A stretch of DNA of 64,000 nt from Chlorokybus atmophyticus (lineage: Eukaryota > Plantae > Mesostigma and Chlorokybus algae): positions 156,150-220,149 of the forward strand of contig RHPI01002112.1 in assembly GCA_009103225.1 (NCBI GenBank). Reading direction: 5' to 3'. The notes under the pieces are model-generated. The model saw only the letters and a program-made list of their open reading frames with translations, was not told the DNA's origin and made no database searches. The translations under genes and the position numbers were made by a program. Of the stretch, positions 14,001-25,636 are shown one piece after another. Numbering within the stretch: the stretch's first letter is position 1; each line of letters starts with the position of its first letter.

Positions 14001-14119
14001 GTGATGGTGGAGGGTGATGCAGCTGAGCGTTGTATGCTTGGGCGTTCCTGCTGCTCGGGTAACGCTTGCAGTGACCCGGCTTGGCCGATGTCAAGAGCGT
14101 CCGCTTCGATCATCGCCAT
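11047..14119 (-). CDS. FY-rich (FYRN + FYRC) domain protein with basic and acidic low-complexity C-terminus, about 13 exons
   Basis: In-phase exon chain: DLGRMYRGPFADAYFFK-AGQSSVPYPIGYRAICKV..CDMEVRAGEQGPAFI (FYRN) - VRVSGPNTEEYIGTTPSSPWARL..NGPVAFGFSDPWLQRLL (FYRC), continuing to RERERRARIK and HEHEH/DDDDD tracts. The start codon is uncertain. Confidence 0.72.
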
Positions 14120-16334
14120 TTGACTGCCGCATGGCCTGAAGCCATGATCAGCAACCACTGTAAGCAACTAAAGACAGCAGATCACCATCACCTTCGAGGC
14201 AACCACATCCAACCTGTGGGTATTGCCATGTCTCAGTCTGACGAGCAACCTGCTGTCGTGATGGCAGGGCGCTCTATCAGACTGGTCCTTTGAACGACCT
14301 GCCCTCCAGCTTCCGAAATTGTCTCCGAGTGCATGCCAAGGCACCAAGCATGCGCTGCGCCAGATCCAGCCACCTAGAAGCTAGCACCCGCACCAGGTCT
14401 GCCGCTGCTAGTGAGCGTGCTGCTTCACATCAACCGCTTGCCACTGTTGAGTCCGGGGTGCCCCCCACTTGCGCGGAGCAATGGTAGAGAAAACGCCTGT
14501 AGTGTGCTTGTAATGTGCTCACAGCCTTTCAGTCTCCACAGCTGGCCGCTGCAACATGTGCAAGCAGTAGATTCAGATGGTTGGTTCATGCGTGACCTAT
14601 GCGAAGCACGCTAGCGTTCCTAAGCGCAGGACTTGGTGAGATGCATACACGCAACTCACGCAGCATAGCATAACACGGCAGCAACACACGGCGCACCGCG
14701 ATGCTGAAGTGCGCCATTCTAAACCAATCATATCGCAAGCTCCTGTGAGGTGCATGCTGTACATGTACGACCTTAAGCACTGACACGTAACACACTAAAC
14801 CCCGACGCTTTGGAGGGCCTACCTAAGTCAACCACAGTGTAGAACAGGCAGTCCTCGTGTCATGCCACGGAGCGTGCCGCCGTCGCCCGAGCCTCCACGA
14901 TGTGCACTGTGTGCTCGTTCAAGCTGCCAGCATCGCGAAAAAGCATGCTCCTCAGCCGGCCAGCATAGCGGCCATGGCTGCGCTGCGTGGTGATGGCGGG
15001 AAGGGGAAGGGTCATGCAGCGGAGCACCGCCCGTGCAAGGTGTCGAAAGCCCCTCAACCCAACTATATAACAGATTGCCAGTCCTCAAACAGAGATCCTA
15101 AGCCACTTGGCCACAAGCTCCTGCCGCACGCAACAAGGCAGGAATCACTGCCGGGAGGAAATCAAGCGAACTCATGCTCCACCGTTGCCGTGCAGCGAGT
15201 GGCGCATGCTCACGCAGAGTTTTCACTAACAACCAGCTGACTGACAGTGAGATGGATTTTTACCTGTGCAACGCCGCTGGCATGCTTGAACATGAAACTC
15301 AGAAAGCAGTATGGGCCATGCATGCAGAGCAGCTGCGAAGGTTAAGGTGCTCAGTGCCCAAACAAGGGAGGTGGATCCCCATGCACAAACTAGACCGGGC
15401 AAGCTGTTAACGCACCTGGCAGCTTCTCAGCACCCCAAGCCACGCACAATTCTCCCGGCCACAACCACCCCGTCGCCGCCCTCGCCACCGTGGTGGTCGC
15501 CAACCTCCTGCCTGCCTGCCTGCCTGCAAGCCGCCAACGCCGACGAATGCACTCGCTGAGCCCGTCGACGGATTGCCCCCAGCACAGCCCCCAAGTGACA
15601 CGGCCACAAAATCAGATCGTCCGACCAGACAGACGTCCGAGAGAGAGCGAGACCTTTGTTGCTGATTGAGAAACCCTTAATGAACGGGAAACTTTCCTGT
15701 TCATTGCCGCGAGGGCAGCATTGGGTTGTCCTTTATTTCCGAGCCCTTCCGGGCCTACCGGTAACTGCGAGACCCCGGCATCAAGGCATGTTGCTTAGTA
15801 TGATACACCCTTATACACACAATTAAAGGCCAAGGTTGATAGACCTCGTAAGGCGTGTCTTATTATGTATATCGCTATATGAATTAAACGTGAAAGTGGT
15901 GATGAAGGTGGCGAAATGTAGTAGAACGAACAATCTTGTTAAACGTTGTTATATCGTAGCAATATGTTATTTGCAGTATTAAATATCATAATCAATGACG
16001 CATGTTGCACAATTTGCGGATGTACATGGCATTTATTTACACACATGTACACACATGTACATTCATGTACACACACATGTACACATGTGCATATGCTTGG
16101 CTTGAAAATGTGAATACTAATGCTTAAAAGTGTTTCATATCCTCTTAAAGTTTCGCAATGCTCAATTTTGTCATATAATGCGCGACAATGTATACTTAAT
16201 GATTTGATTATGTTGATTGTTTTGGTTTGATACATCCCTTTTTAGCCACAAGCTCAATGTTGAAAATGACGACTCGTCTGAAAGCGTTGGAATAAATTTT
16301 AAAAACCATTGATTGTTTGCAAACACATATACAT

Positions 16335-16470
16335 GTGGGGGTGGGGGTGGGGGCGTGGGGGNNNNNNNNNNNNNNNNNNNNNNNNNNNNNNNNNNNNNNN
16401 NNNNNNNNNNNNNNNNNNNNNNNNNNNNNNNNNNNNNNGGTGGGGGCGTGGGGGTGGGGGGGGAGGGGAG
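16335..16470 (+). repeat. G-tract (G-quadruplex-like) repeat flanking an assembly gap
   Basis: GGGGGTGGGGGTGGGGGCGTGGGGG-N [28 protein letters not shown]. Confidence 0.7.
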
Positions 16471-19400
16471 GACATTGTTTCCGCCTCGTTTAGAAAGACG
16501 TACAAGTTTTTAAGCGTTGCGAGAAGCTTATGCTGACCAATTGTCGAACTTTCTTACTATAATTGCAATGTAACATATAATATTTCTTGCATTTTTAACA
16601 GAATGAATTGTTTACTATAAGTGCACAATCAACAATGCCTCGTCATCATTACATTAAGCAATCTCATTGGTTCATGGTTGATACAATACTAGTGAGTGAA
16701 GTTTTACATTATGCTCGCACGCTGCAAAGACCATGCCTTTACCATTAAAACTTAAGTCAATCGCATATGTACAACATGCGTACGTGTTTGCGTAACATTA
16801 TAATGAGTACAGCAAGATATAAATAAAAATTAATGAATATCATCAATCTTATTTTATTGACGTTTTTACTTATTCAAATTAATAATTGAATCATATATTT
16901 AAGTTTGACACAAATACAAGATTTTCAATATAAGCAATTGTATTAAGCTACTCTCTTACAAAGCATATTGATGATTGCGTTATACATGGCGTATTAAAGT
17001 TGATGCGTGAACCATAGTATATGCGATAATATTCACTTAATTGATTCGCCACACTGCTCAACCATGCGGATGCATTTGCGCACAACAACGACCTGGGAAG
17101 CTGTTCCTTAATGAACAACAACTTAAACAATAATATCACATAATAACAAGTCTTATAAGAAAGTAACAAATACATATGCAATCACATGTTGCGCATTTTG
17201 CTGGCATAATTTGAATATGGTGCCACTCTGAAGTTATTAGGTTAAAAGTTCAACTTGGGCTCATGTGACATGATCATGACATGGAATCTGTGACGGTTGA
17301 GGCATTCCGGCTGACAAGAGAAGCATGTGCAACTTGGATAAACACCTTCGGTAAACCCCTGAATACCTTGAAGATATCCAAGCCGTTAGGCTTAACACCA
17401 TACGCGGGGCTGCATTGTGGCAGAGGATCGACGATCTCGTGCCACGGTGGCAGCTTGATCTTTTTGTGTGTCTTTTTGTCCAACCTCTAAGCACGACCGT
17501 TGTTCTCTCCGCTTGCCGCGCCACCGTGGCGCCGTTTCGACTGAAACGGATTTGTCTGCTGGTCTCGCGTGGCCCAAATCGATCACTTTGCCACGAATGC
17601 GAAGGCTCAATACAGGCATACGCCGACACTCGCCACACGTTGATGTGGCACCAACTTCTAGCAAAGGGGCCCTGGTCACAATTTGCCAGGGTCTATGTTT
17701 AATATATTTATGGCGGGGCCCGGACAAAGCAGATACACACATCATAGACATCAACAAGCCATATGCAAACTATATCCATCATATGTCCACCCATGCAGAC
17801 ATTCATCCTTTGTTAACGGTTCATAGCCATACACACAACCAAACATGACAAATCAGACATACATGCGACTTCATGAAGCATCGGCGACTATAGCATACTG
17901 TTGGTCCACTATGCCCTTGCAGCTGCCTGCCCTTGACATTACACGCACATAGAGCACTAGCCATAGCATAGAGCCCCGGGGGTTGGTAATAGTTTTCTGG
18001 TCAGCTCTTGTCTTGCTGCTTGCTGCTGACTGCCTGCTTGCTGTGCGCTATCGCTTGTTGTTCGTCGCTAGCTATTAAGGTGCACTTTGTGTGTGTAAGC
18101 ATGCTGTGCAAATTGACGCATACCTTATACTTGCATGGCTTTTTTTGCTTATGAGTGTATAAGTGCATGATGCATATCATAAGCTGTATAGATCCAAAGC
18201 CATATCGAGGCCAATAACCACGTGCGGCGCAGCAGGTCTTAGCACGCACAGGTGCGCATGTACCCGACATGCCAACAACCCAACCCCCCTCCNNNNNNNN
18301 NNNNNNNNNNNNNNNNNNNNNNNNNNNNNNNNNNNNNNNNNNNNNNNNNNNNNNNNNNNNNNNNNNNNNNNNNNNNNNNNNNNNNNNNNNNNNNNNNNNN
18401 NNNNCCCCCCCCCCCCCCCCCCCCTTCCCCCGTTTACCGACATGTATATAACATGTTGCCTGTCTAACAATCATATGTGGGTGGCAATAACTTTTTAGTA
18501 TCAACTATTCAATCATATGTAAGTATGCACCAAGCATGGATTGTATGATTACATGCATGCATCAACCACGTTAATCCACATATACATGCGTCAGTAAGGT
18601 ATGATAATATATATCCAATCAATTAAGAGAGATATATCGCTCGTATTTATCAAGACATGTGGCTCTTTCGTACGGCAGCGACTTTTGCTGCCATAGCCGC
18701 ATGGTTGACCCGCTATGTTACAATCATAACGCATACAGTTTATGAGTAGCACGAGGGAGTCAGATTGTTATTATGGAGATCATGGTCGGCATTAACGCTA
18801 CCAACGGAGTTGCATACAATGTGGTTATGCTTAATGCTAAGGGGCTAATCATGCGGTATTGAATGTGCAAGTGAGTATGTGTCATAGCTCTCACGTGTAC
18901 GTGTTGTGTATCAATCCAATATTGTGGCATGGAACCAAAATTGAGTGAGTGCAAGGTTGTAGTGAAATTCGTGATGTGCTGACCCCGCACCCCCTCAGCG
19001 GCTACCGCTCAAAACCATTGCTATATATACACCCTCTCCTACAACATCTTCATATGTACATAGTCTATACCAAATTCCGCCAACCCCTGCCACGGCAATT
19101 GCCAATGCCAACACCATGCACATAGGCTCGCGAAGAACGAAGTGTTAACATTGCCGCCTTTTTATACGACCACGATATGATTATACTCTACAATCTGTAC
19201 ACCCAGAGCCTTGAGCTGCAAGTGGTGATCGTTCAACAGTGTTGCCTACTGTTGCACAACTGCCTCCTGTTTATGCATGTTTATGCCACATGTTTATCAA
19301 TGCATGCACACGTGTGTTCATTGGTGCATTTGATTATTGTTGGTTATTCAATGTGTATCACTTACATACAGATGTACATAGGCTTTCCGGTGATATTGAT

Positions 19401-20449
19401 GCCGTTATACCGTTGTACATGCGGTGTACATTAAATGCAAGGCCGTGATAACAACTTGCATAGGCTTACCGAACATTCAAGAGCAGGACGCACACACAAT
19501 GCACACCAGCAACAGCATGCTTAGCAACGCACCAGGGGGGCACGTCAATTACACCGGCCAGGGCTTGGTTATGATATGTGCACTATCTAAGCGTTTGAGG
19601 CGAGGGAGCGGGGTAGATAGCAGCAAGGCAGGGCAGAGAAGGGGCAAACGCTCAAGACAAGCAAGACAGCAAACCTGTGCGCACAGGTGCCAGGGCAGGC
19701 CTTGTTTACAAAAGATGCAAGCTGCATCACGCGCATGCACAGCACACATGTGTCTTCAAAGGGTGACAGCCACAGCCACAGCAGCAGCAAGGCGGTGGAT
19801 GCATGCGTGTAGCGCTTTGTGCTGCTCTATCTTACACTGCGATGGCGCTGTGGGCAAGTGATGGTGACATTTTGCTGCATGCTTGTATGTCTAACGGGGT
19901 GTGAGTAGCAGTGTAGGTAGGTAGCAATGCGGATTTGGGTTGGCCCGATGGTGAACACGAGCAAATCATCTTTAATATCGTGCAGGTGCATGCTGCTTGC
20001 ATATGAGCGTGCTTGACCTTATGCATAAGCGCGATGCATGCGCAGTCCTGCACCGCATTGCTTGTACACGGCTTGATGGTCGACTGATTAATGCTAGTGT
20101 GCTGACTGCAGGTGTGTGGATATTGGGTGTTGTGGCTAGGAAACATGATCGCAGCACCACATGACAGGCACAGAGCAACCTGAAACTTATCAAGCTTACC
20201 AAGCACACAATGTCTGGTAGTCTTTGCACCCAACACTTACACCATGCGACAGTCAGCTCTGCAGACCACTCAGGACGTTGCTTTGAGACAGCACGGCTAG
20301 CTTACCATGAGCTATGAGGCAAGCAGCATGGCAGTGTGACTCCGACATTGGCTAGAATGCATGTACGAAGTTACAATATATGCATGACCTACGCGCCCAA
20401 CAAAGCAAACTGCTGCCAAGTCGAGCACAAAACTAGCAACGCACACTGC

Positions 20450-23400
20450 TCACTTCCTCTCCTCCCGTGCGCCTCTTGTCCAGCGGTCAGGCTCTTCTCT
20501 GCGCCTCTCATCTGGTTGCTCTGAGCGTGGACCAGAGCGCGACCAACGGTCTGCGCCGCCATCGTCGCGTCGCGCAACCGGTGGGCGATAAGCACCTTCG
20601 CGAGGTGGTGGTGGTGGTGGCGGTGGCGGACCATCGCGGCGACCCCAGCGTTCCTCACGATCAGCTTCGCGAGGCGGAGTTGTGTCTCTGCCTCGACGAT
20701 CATCTCGCAATGGTGGGGCGCGCTCGCCAACTGGCGGGCGATAACCACCATCTCGCTCAGCAGGGGAACGATCAACAGGGAGCCGATAGGCACCGTCCCT
20801 ATCACGGACTTGTGCTACGGTCTCTGCTGAAGGGCGCTCAAACCTCGGCCGTTCAGCTGGTCTGTCGCGGTCCTGGCCAGCACGCGCAACGGAAGGTGCA
20901 TAGCGCGCAGGAGGCTCCTCACGGGGTGGACCGCTTCGAGTCCAGCGATCAGTTGTGTCAGCTACTGAAGCAGCCGGGCGCACCTCGCGCAGTAGACGCT
21001 CCCGCTCTGCTGCCTTCTGTCGCTCAATCTCCTCCTCCTTCTCCCGCTGGATACGAGCGAGCTCATCAAGCTTCCGCTGATGCTCTTCTGCCTCGCGCTT
21101 ACGAGTCTCCTCCTCTGCAGCAGTGATGCAGCATGAGCAAGGAATAAACACGTCATTGGAGCTACAACCTGGGAGATCCTAACATGCACTGCTCGTGCGC
21201 GAGAAAGACTTTACCAGCAGCCTGGCGGGCCTCCTCTGCCTCGCGCTCTGCTTGCATCCGCTCAAGTTCCATGCGACGGAAGTACTCCATCTTCCGCCTC
21301 CTCTCACGATCCTGCTGGCGCATGGCCCGCAGCTCTGCGAGCTCCTCAAGGCGCGCCAGACGCATCTGCTCAAACTCGTCCGCGCGGCGAGTCATCACTT
21401 GCCGCTGGAAAGTCACCTGTACATTTCATGCAGTGAAGTGTGACGCAAAGTTGACGACTCCAAAGGACACCCACCAAAAGCTGAATGCTCAACTTGCATA
21501 CCTGGTCCTGAACCATAATCGACAGCCTCTTCTTCTCCAAGATATCCACTTCCCAATGAGCCCTGTGTTGCTCTGCATACTCCTGTAGTACACAGCACAC
21601 ACCATCAGTCACATACTGCGGAGTATAATAAGGGTCACTTCCAATGATAGTTTCCACCTTCTGTCTCTCCTGATGATACTGCTGGTCATCAACCAACTTC
21701 TGCTCGTAGGCTGCCTGAAGCAAGGGGCGCTCCTCCTCGCGCTTGGCACGCTCCACATAATCCAAGGTGCGAGCCAGCTTCTGGAGCTTGCGCTCCATTT
21801 CCTGGCGCTCCTTGATCTGTTCACTGAGAGCCTCTTCCATGAGAGCACGTTTGTCCAGCTTGACATCGGTCTGCAACACCCATCTCAGTCACACAAGACG
21901 CCAAATGACCATGTGCATGTGCAAAGACAGTCACCGTAAGCATACCGCTTCACCAGCTCGGCCCTTGCCCTTCTTGCCCTTGCGCTTTTCTGCTGCTTCC
22001 AGCAAAGCCCGAGCTTCTTCCAACTCCTGCTCCTCGATCTGCATGCGGATGCGCTCCTCCTCGCGCCGGGCAGCTTCACTAGCCAAACGCTTGGCTTCAG
22101 CTTCTTCAGTTTGCCGCTGCTGATGCAGCTTGCGTAGCTCTTCTTCACGCTCCTGGGCAATCCCAAGACAACAGCAAATCAGTCAGCCGCATCTTACGCT
22201 AGCCACAACCTAAACAACCGGACTAAGGAACTAACCGTTTCCAGCATCAGCCGCTCCTGCTCCTCCTTGCGTTTCTCAATAAGGACTTTCCTGGCCAAGA
22301 TGTTTTTGTGTTCCTTTGGAGCAAGTGCCACTGCCTGGGCAATCGCTTCCTTCCTGATTGCCTCCTTGTCAGTGACACCGTCAGGATACATCATGCTGAC
22401 CGCCTTGTTGAGCCGCTTGGCCAGCACAGTGATATGGTTGCGAATCTTATCATTCTCCAGGACCTGAGAGACAACACCTCAGTTTTCAGCCCTGACATGT
22501 CTGGCAACACAGACATGTACACATGCTTGTTGCGGACAACTGACCTGGGCACCGAGATACACTGTCTGGTTCTGATGGCTAATACGAAGCTGTAGAAAAT
22601 TGTAGTTCATGGCATCCACGACCATCTTCTCAACAGCAACAAAGTCGCAGAACGGAATCATCTTGGCAAGGTGAGAAATCTTCATTGTTTGATACACTTG
22701 CGTCACCTGCACGTGCACGGTTAGCTCACAACCCCAAGTGGACTGCCAAAGTAACAAGAGGTGCCACAATGCGGAAACCAGCTTCGCAGCTTACCTGCTG
22801 CAGCAAGCGCAGAATGGCGAGCTTTTCCATAGCTGGCACATACTGAGCCAGTGACAAATCTGTGATTGGGCATGCAGCGGACAAGGCCTCGCTGATCTCT
22901 GGCAGCTTTGCGAGAAGGGGCTGGGCTTTTGTGCAAAGCGCCAGAGGCTGGAAGTCATTCTCTACCAATTGGTACAGGTCTTTGATTTCGGGTGGTACAT
23001 GAGCCATGATGCCCTTAGCATTCTGTCAAGCAGCAATGTAACCACAAGTTTACAACACTTGCGACAACATATGTTGTGCAAATGAGAGCTACTTACCAGC
23101 TCGGCGAGAAGTGCAGATCTAGAGAGCTGCAAAAACACAAACAAACGTGAGCCATCAGAGCAAGAGCTGCCCAAGCTACAAGCCACACATGAACAACGAG
23201 AAGGGGCTGTATTACCACTTCACGCGCATCACGCTTTGGGTCTAGACTGAATCCCAGGAGATTGGCCATCCGCAAATTCCTGTCCTTCTCCATCTCCAGC
23301 TCAAAATGATGAGCATTGTGCTTGCGATCATATGGCGGAACAGCCAATGTAGCCAGAAGAACAGATGAAGCCATCCTGGTCAGGCACAACCACTGTCGGT

Positions 23401-25236
23401 GACTGCAGCAAGCATAGAATTTCATTCAACAACAGCGGCATGTAGCTTGTAGCTTACATCTGCAGATCCTTCTGGGTAAGGTTCTTGTTATAAGTCTTGG
23501 ACAAATTGTACAACTTATACCATGCATACGCATGGTACAAGTAGTTCTCGGACACCCAGAACACCTTAGTGAGCTTCGCATAATAGGTTGCCATCATCTG
23601 CGGTTTGGGAGCCTTCTTGGCATACCCAAGTAACCCATGGATGTCCTCGACAGAGCGGAACGCCTCTTGCCACAGCTCAAGATCTGTCGCCACCTTAAGC
23701 TGCTCAAACCTGGTCTCCAGGTATAGCTGCAATGTCTCTGGCAGTGTGAGGTCCGGACGATCGCGCTGATCGCGATACTTATTCAGGTTCGTCAAGTGGT
23801 TCCGAAGGATCTCACAAAGTCGTCGGAACTCTGTGTTACGCTTGTACTGCAAGCAAAACTGGAAAGCCCGATGTGCAGTCATCTGCATGATACACCATAA
23901 GCAAGGGCACTCCAAGAGTAGACCACAACGGCAATGTACTCAGACGCAGCACGTACCGCATACAGTGTCTCCAGTTTGGAATTGTTGCGGAGAATCTCAA
24001 GAACAGTGCGGTATGTCTCCCACAAAAACTTGAACCATGGTGTGACCAACTCGCGATCAGCTCGATCCTTATCCTTCTCGGCACTGACAAAGCTGAGCAT
24101 GATATCCTCAGGGCTGTGATCCTCCTCCAAGTCTTCCACATCCACTGTAACAGTGTGCGCCGCTGCTTGTGCTGCCTCTGCACGCTCTGTGGACAGCTTC
24201 AAGAAGTACTTGATGACCTCTTCCAGGGAACTGACATTGACCTGAACACATGCAAACACCAACGGTGACCATATGTCCGGGCACAACAGGGTGAAAATGC
24301 ACAAACAATGCAGGTTAACCCCACCTGCTGACAAACTATGCGGTACTGAATGAGGCCGTCCTTTGCGTAGCGTCCCTTGCGCATATCGACGCAAAGATCA
24401 ATGTACTTGAACATGATGCGTTCAAGTGTCTTCTGCCATGTTCGATGCCGCTTGGACGTAATGACGTCATGGAGTGCCTGCAGTGCCGCCTGCTTCTGGC
24501 CCACATGCATAAGCTCTGCAAGCCAGCCAAGTGTTAGCGCATGTTGCAAATGGGCGCATAAACTGCTTTGGCACCGCAATGTTACTTTGATGTTATTGTA
24601 CGTGACCAGCACCGAAGCTCAACTGGTACAAGGAAAGCAAGTAAACATGCAAGTGTGGGTTCAATGTCTGACGACGCATGTGTGCTGCGTGTACTGCAAA
24701 ACATTGCTCAACAATAGCAATTGCAGCTTAGGAGGTGAAGCCGCGCTAGCCTGGGACCAACATGTCACAAACCATGACTCTGCCTGCTGATAACGTTGGC
24801 GCATACAGTATAATAATATGCGTTAAAGATCCCGGGTGTAACTTACCATACAATCATGCATGGCAAGTTAACCCGTCATCACCATCCGTCATCACCAGTT
24901 GATGAGTAGGTATGCACCGAAACTTTAAACAAAGACGCACCCCAATTATTATTCTGCTGTAGATCCAACTTGTCACGAGATGCACAGACTACTGTTTGAC
25001 ATGTACCCAACATCACAGGTCACCGCCTCCACGACACCAACGCACCCCCGCAACTGCTACGCATGCATTAAACTTCTTGTCTCCATCGTGACAGTATAGC
25101 ACAAGCATGCAAGCAGTGGAAGGATTGCCACACGGCAACATCCTCCCCAAGCAAGATCCGGCCAGCAACCATCACCTTCTGCACGCTTGAGCGCATTTTC
25201 AGGCTTGGCAAACGTGGAGCTTGCAAAGCGCGACAT
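20450..25236 (-). CDS. EIF3A: Eukaryotic translation initiation factor 3 subunit A, multi-exon
   Basis: [125 protein letters not shown] region, coiled coil and R/D/P-rich tail. Confidence 0.97.
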
Positions 25237-25439
25237 GTTGAAACCCGCAAGGCAGGAAACTTGGACAACGGCCGCACTGACTCTGCCACCTCCACCGTCA
25301 CGGCCACCGCCGCCGCCGCCGCCACCGCGGCCGCTGCGGGCAAAGAGGGCAACAGTGGTACCCTAATCGCCATACAATCTTGCGGCGCGACTGACGGGCG
25401 CCGTCCGATCTGCTGCGGGCCAGCTTACCGGATGCCCGC

Positions 25440-25560
25440 CCGTGCTTGTTAGCACGGTTACCGCAGCGTGCGCTCCCGTGCCAAACCCTAAAAAGCGCAG
25501 AACCCTAATAAGCAACCTACTAGTCTGCTACATTGCTAACTTTTAGGTTGGATGAGGTTG
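25440..25560. promoter_or_regulatory. Bidirectional promoter (eIF3a / NASP) with telo-boxes
   Basis: AAACCCTAA at ~25482 and AACCCTAA at ~25500, plus TTTTAGG, in the ~400 bp between two divergent ATGs (25236 and 25637). Confidence 0.5.
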
Positions 25561-25636
25561 AGACTTCGTCAGTTTTAGCGGGAAACGCATTCAAATCATT
25601 TGATGCACTTGCAGCAAAAGCAGCAGCGGCGTCGGT

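Noticed and set aside
14290-15610. Separate protein-coding gene upstream of the FYR gene
   Set aside because: No frame with convincing homology or a consistent exon chain; more likely 5' UTR or promoter of the FYR gene.
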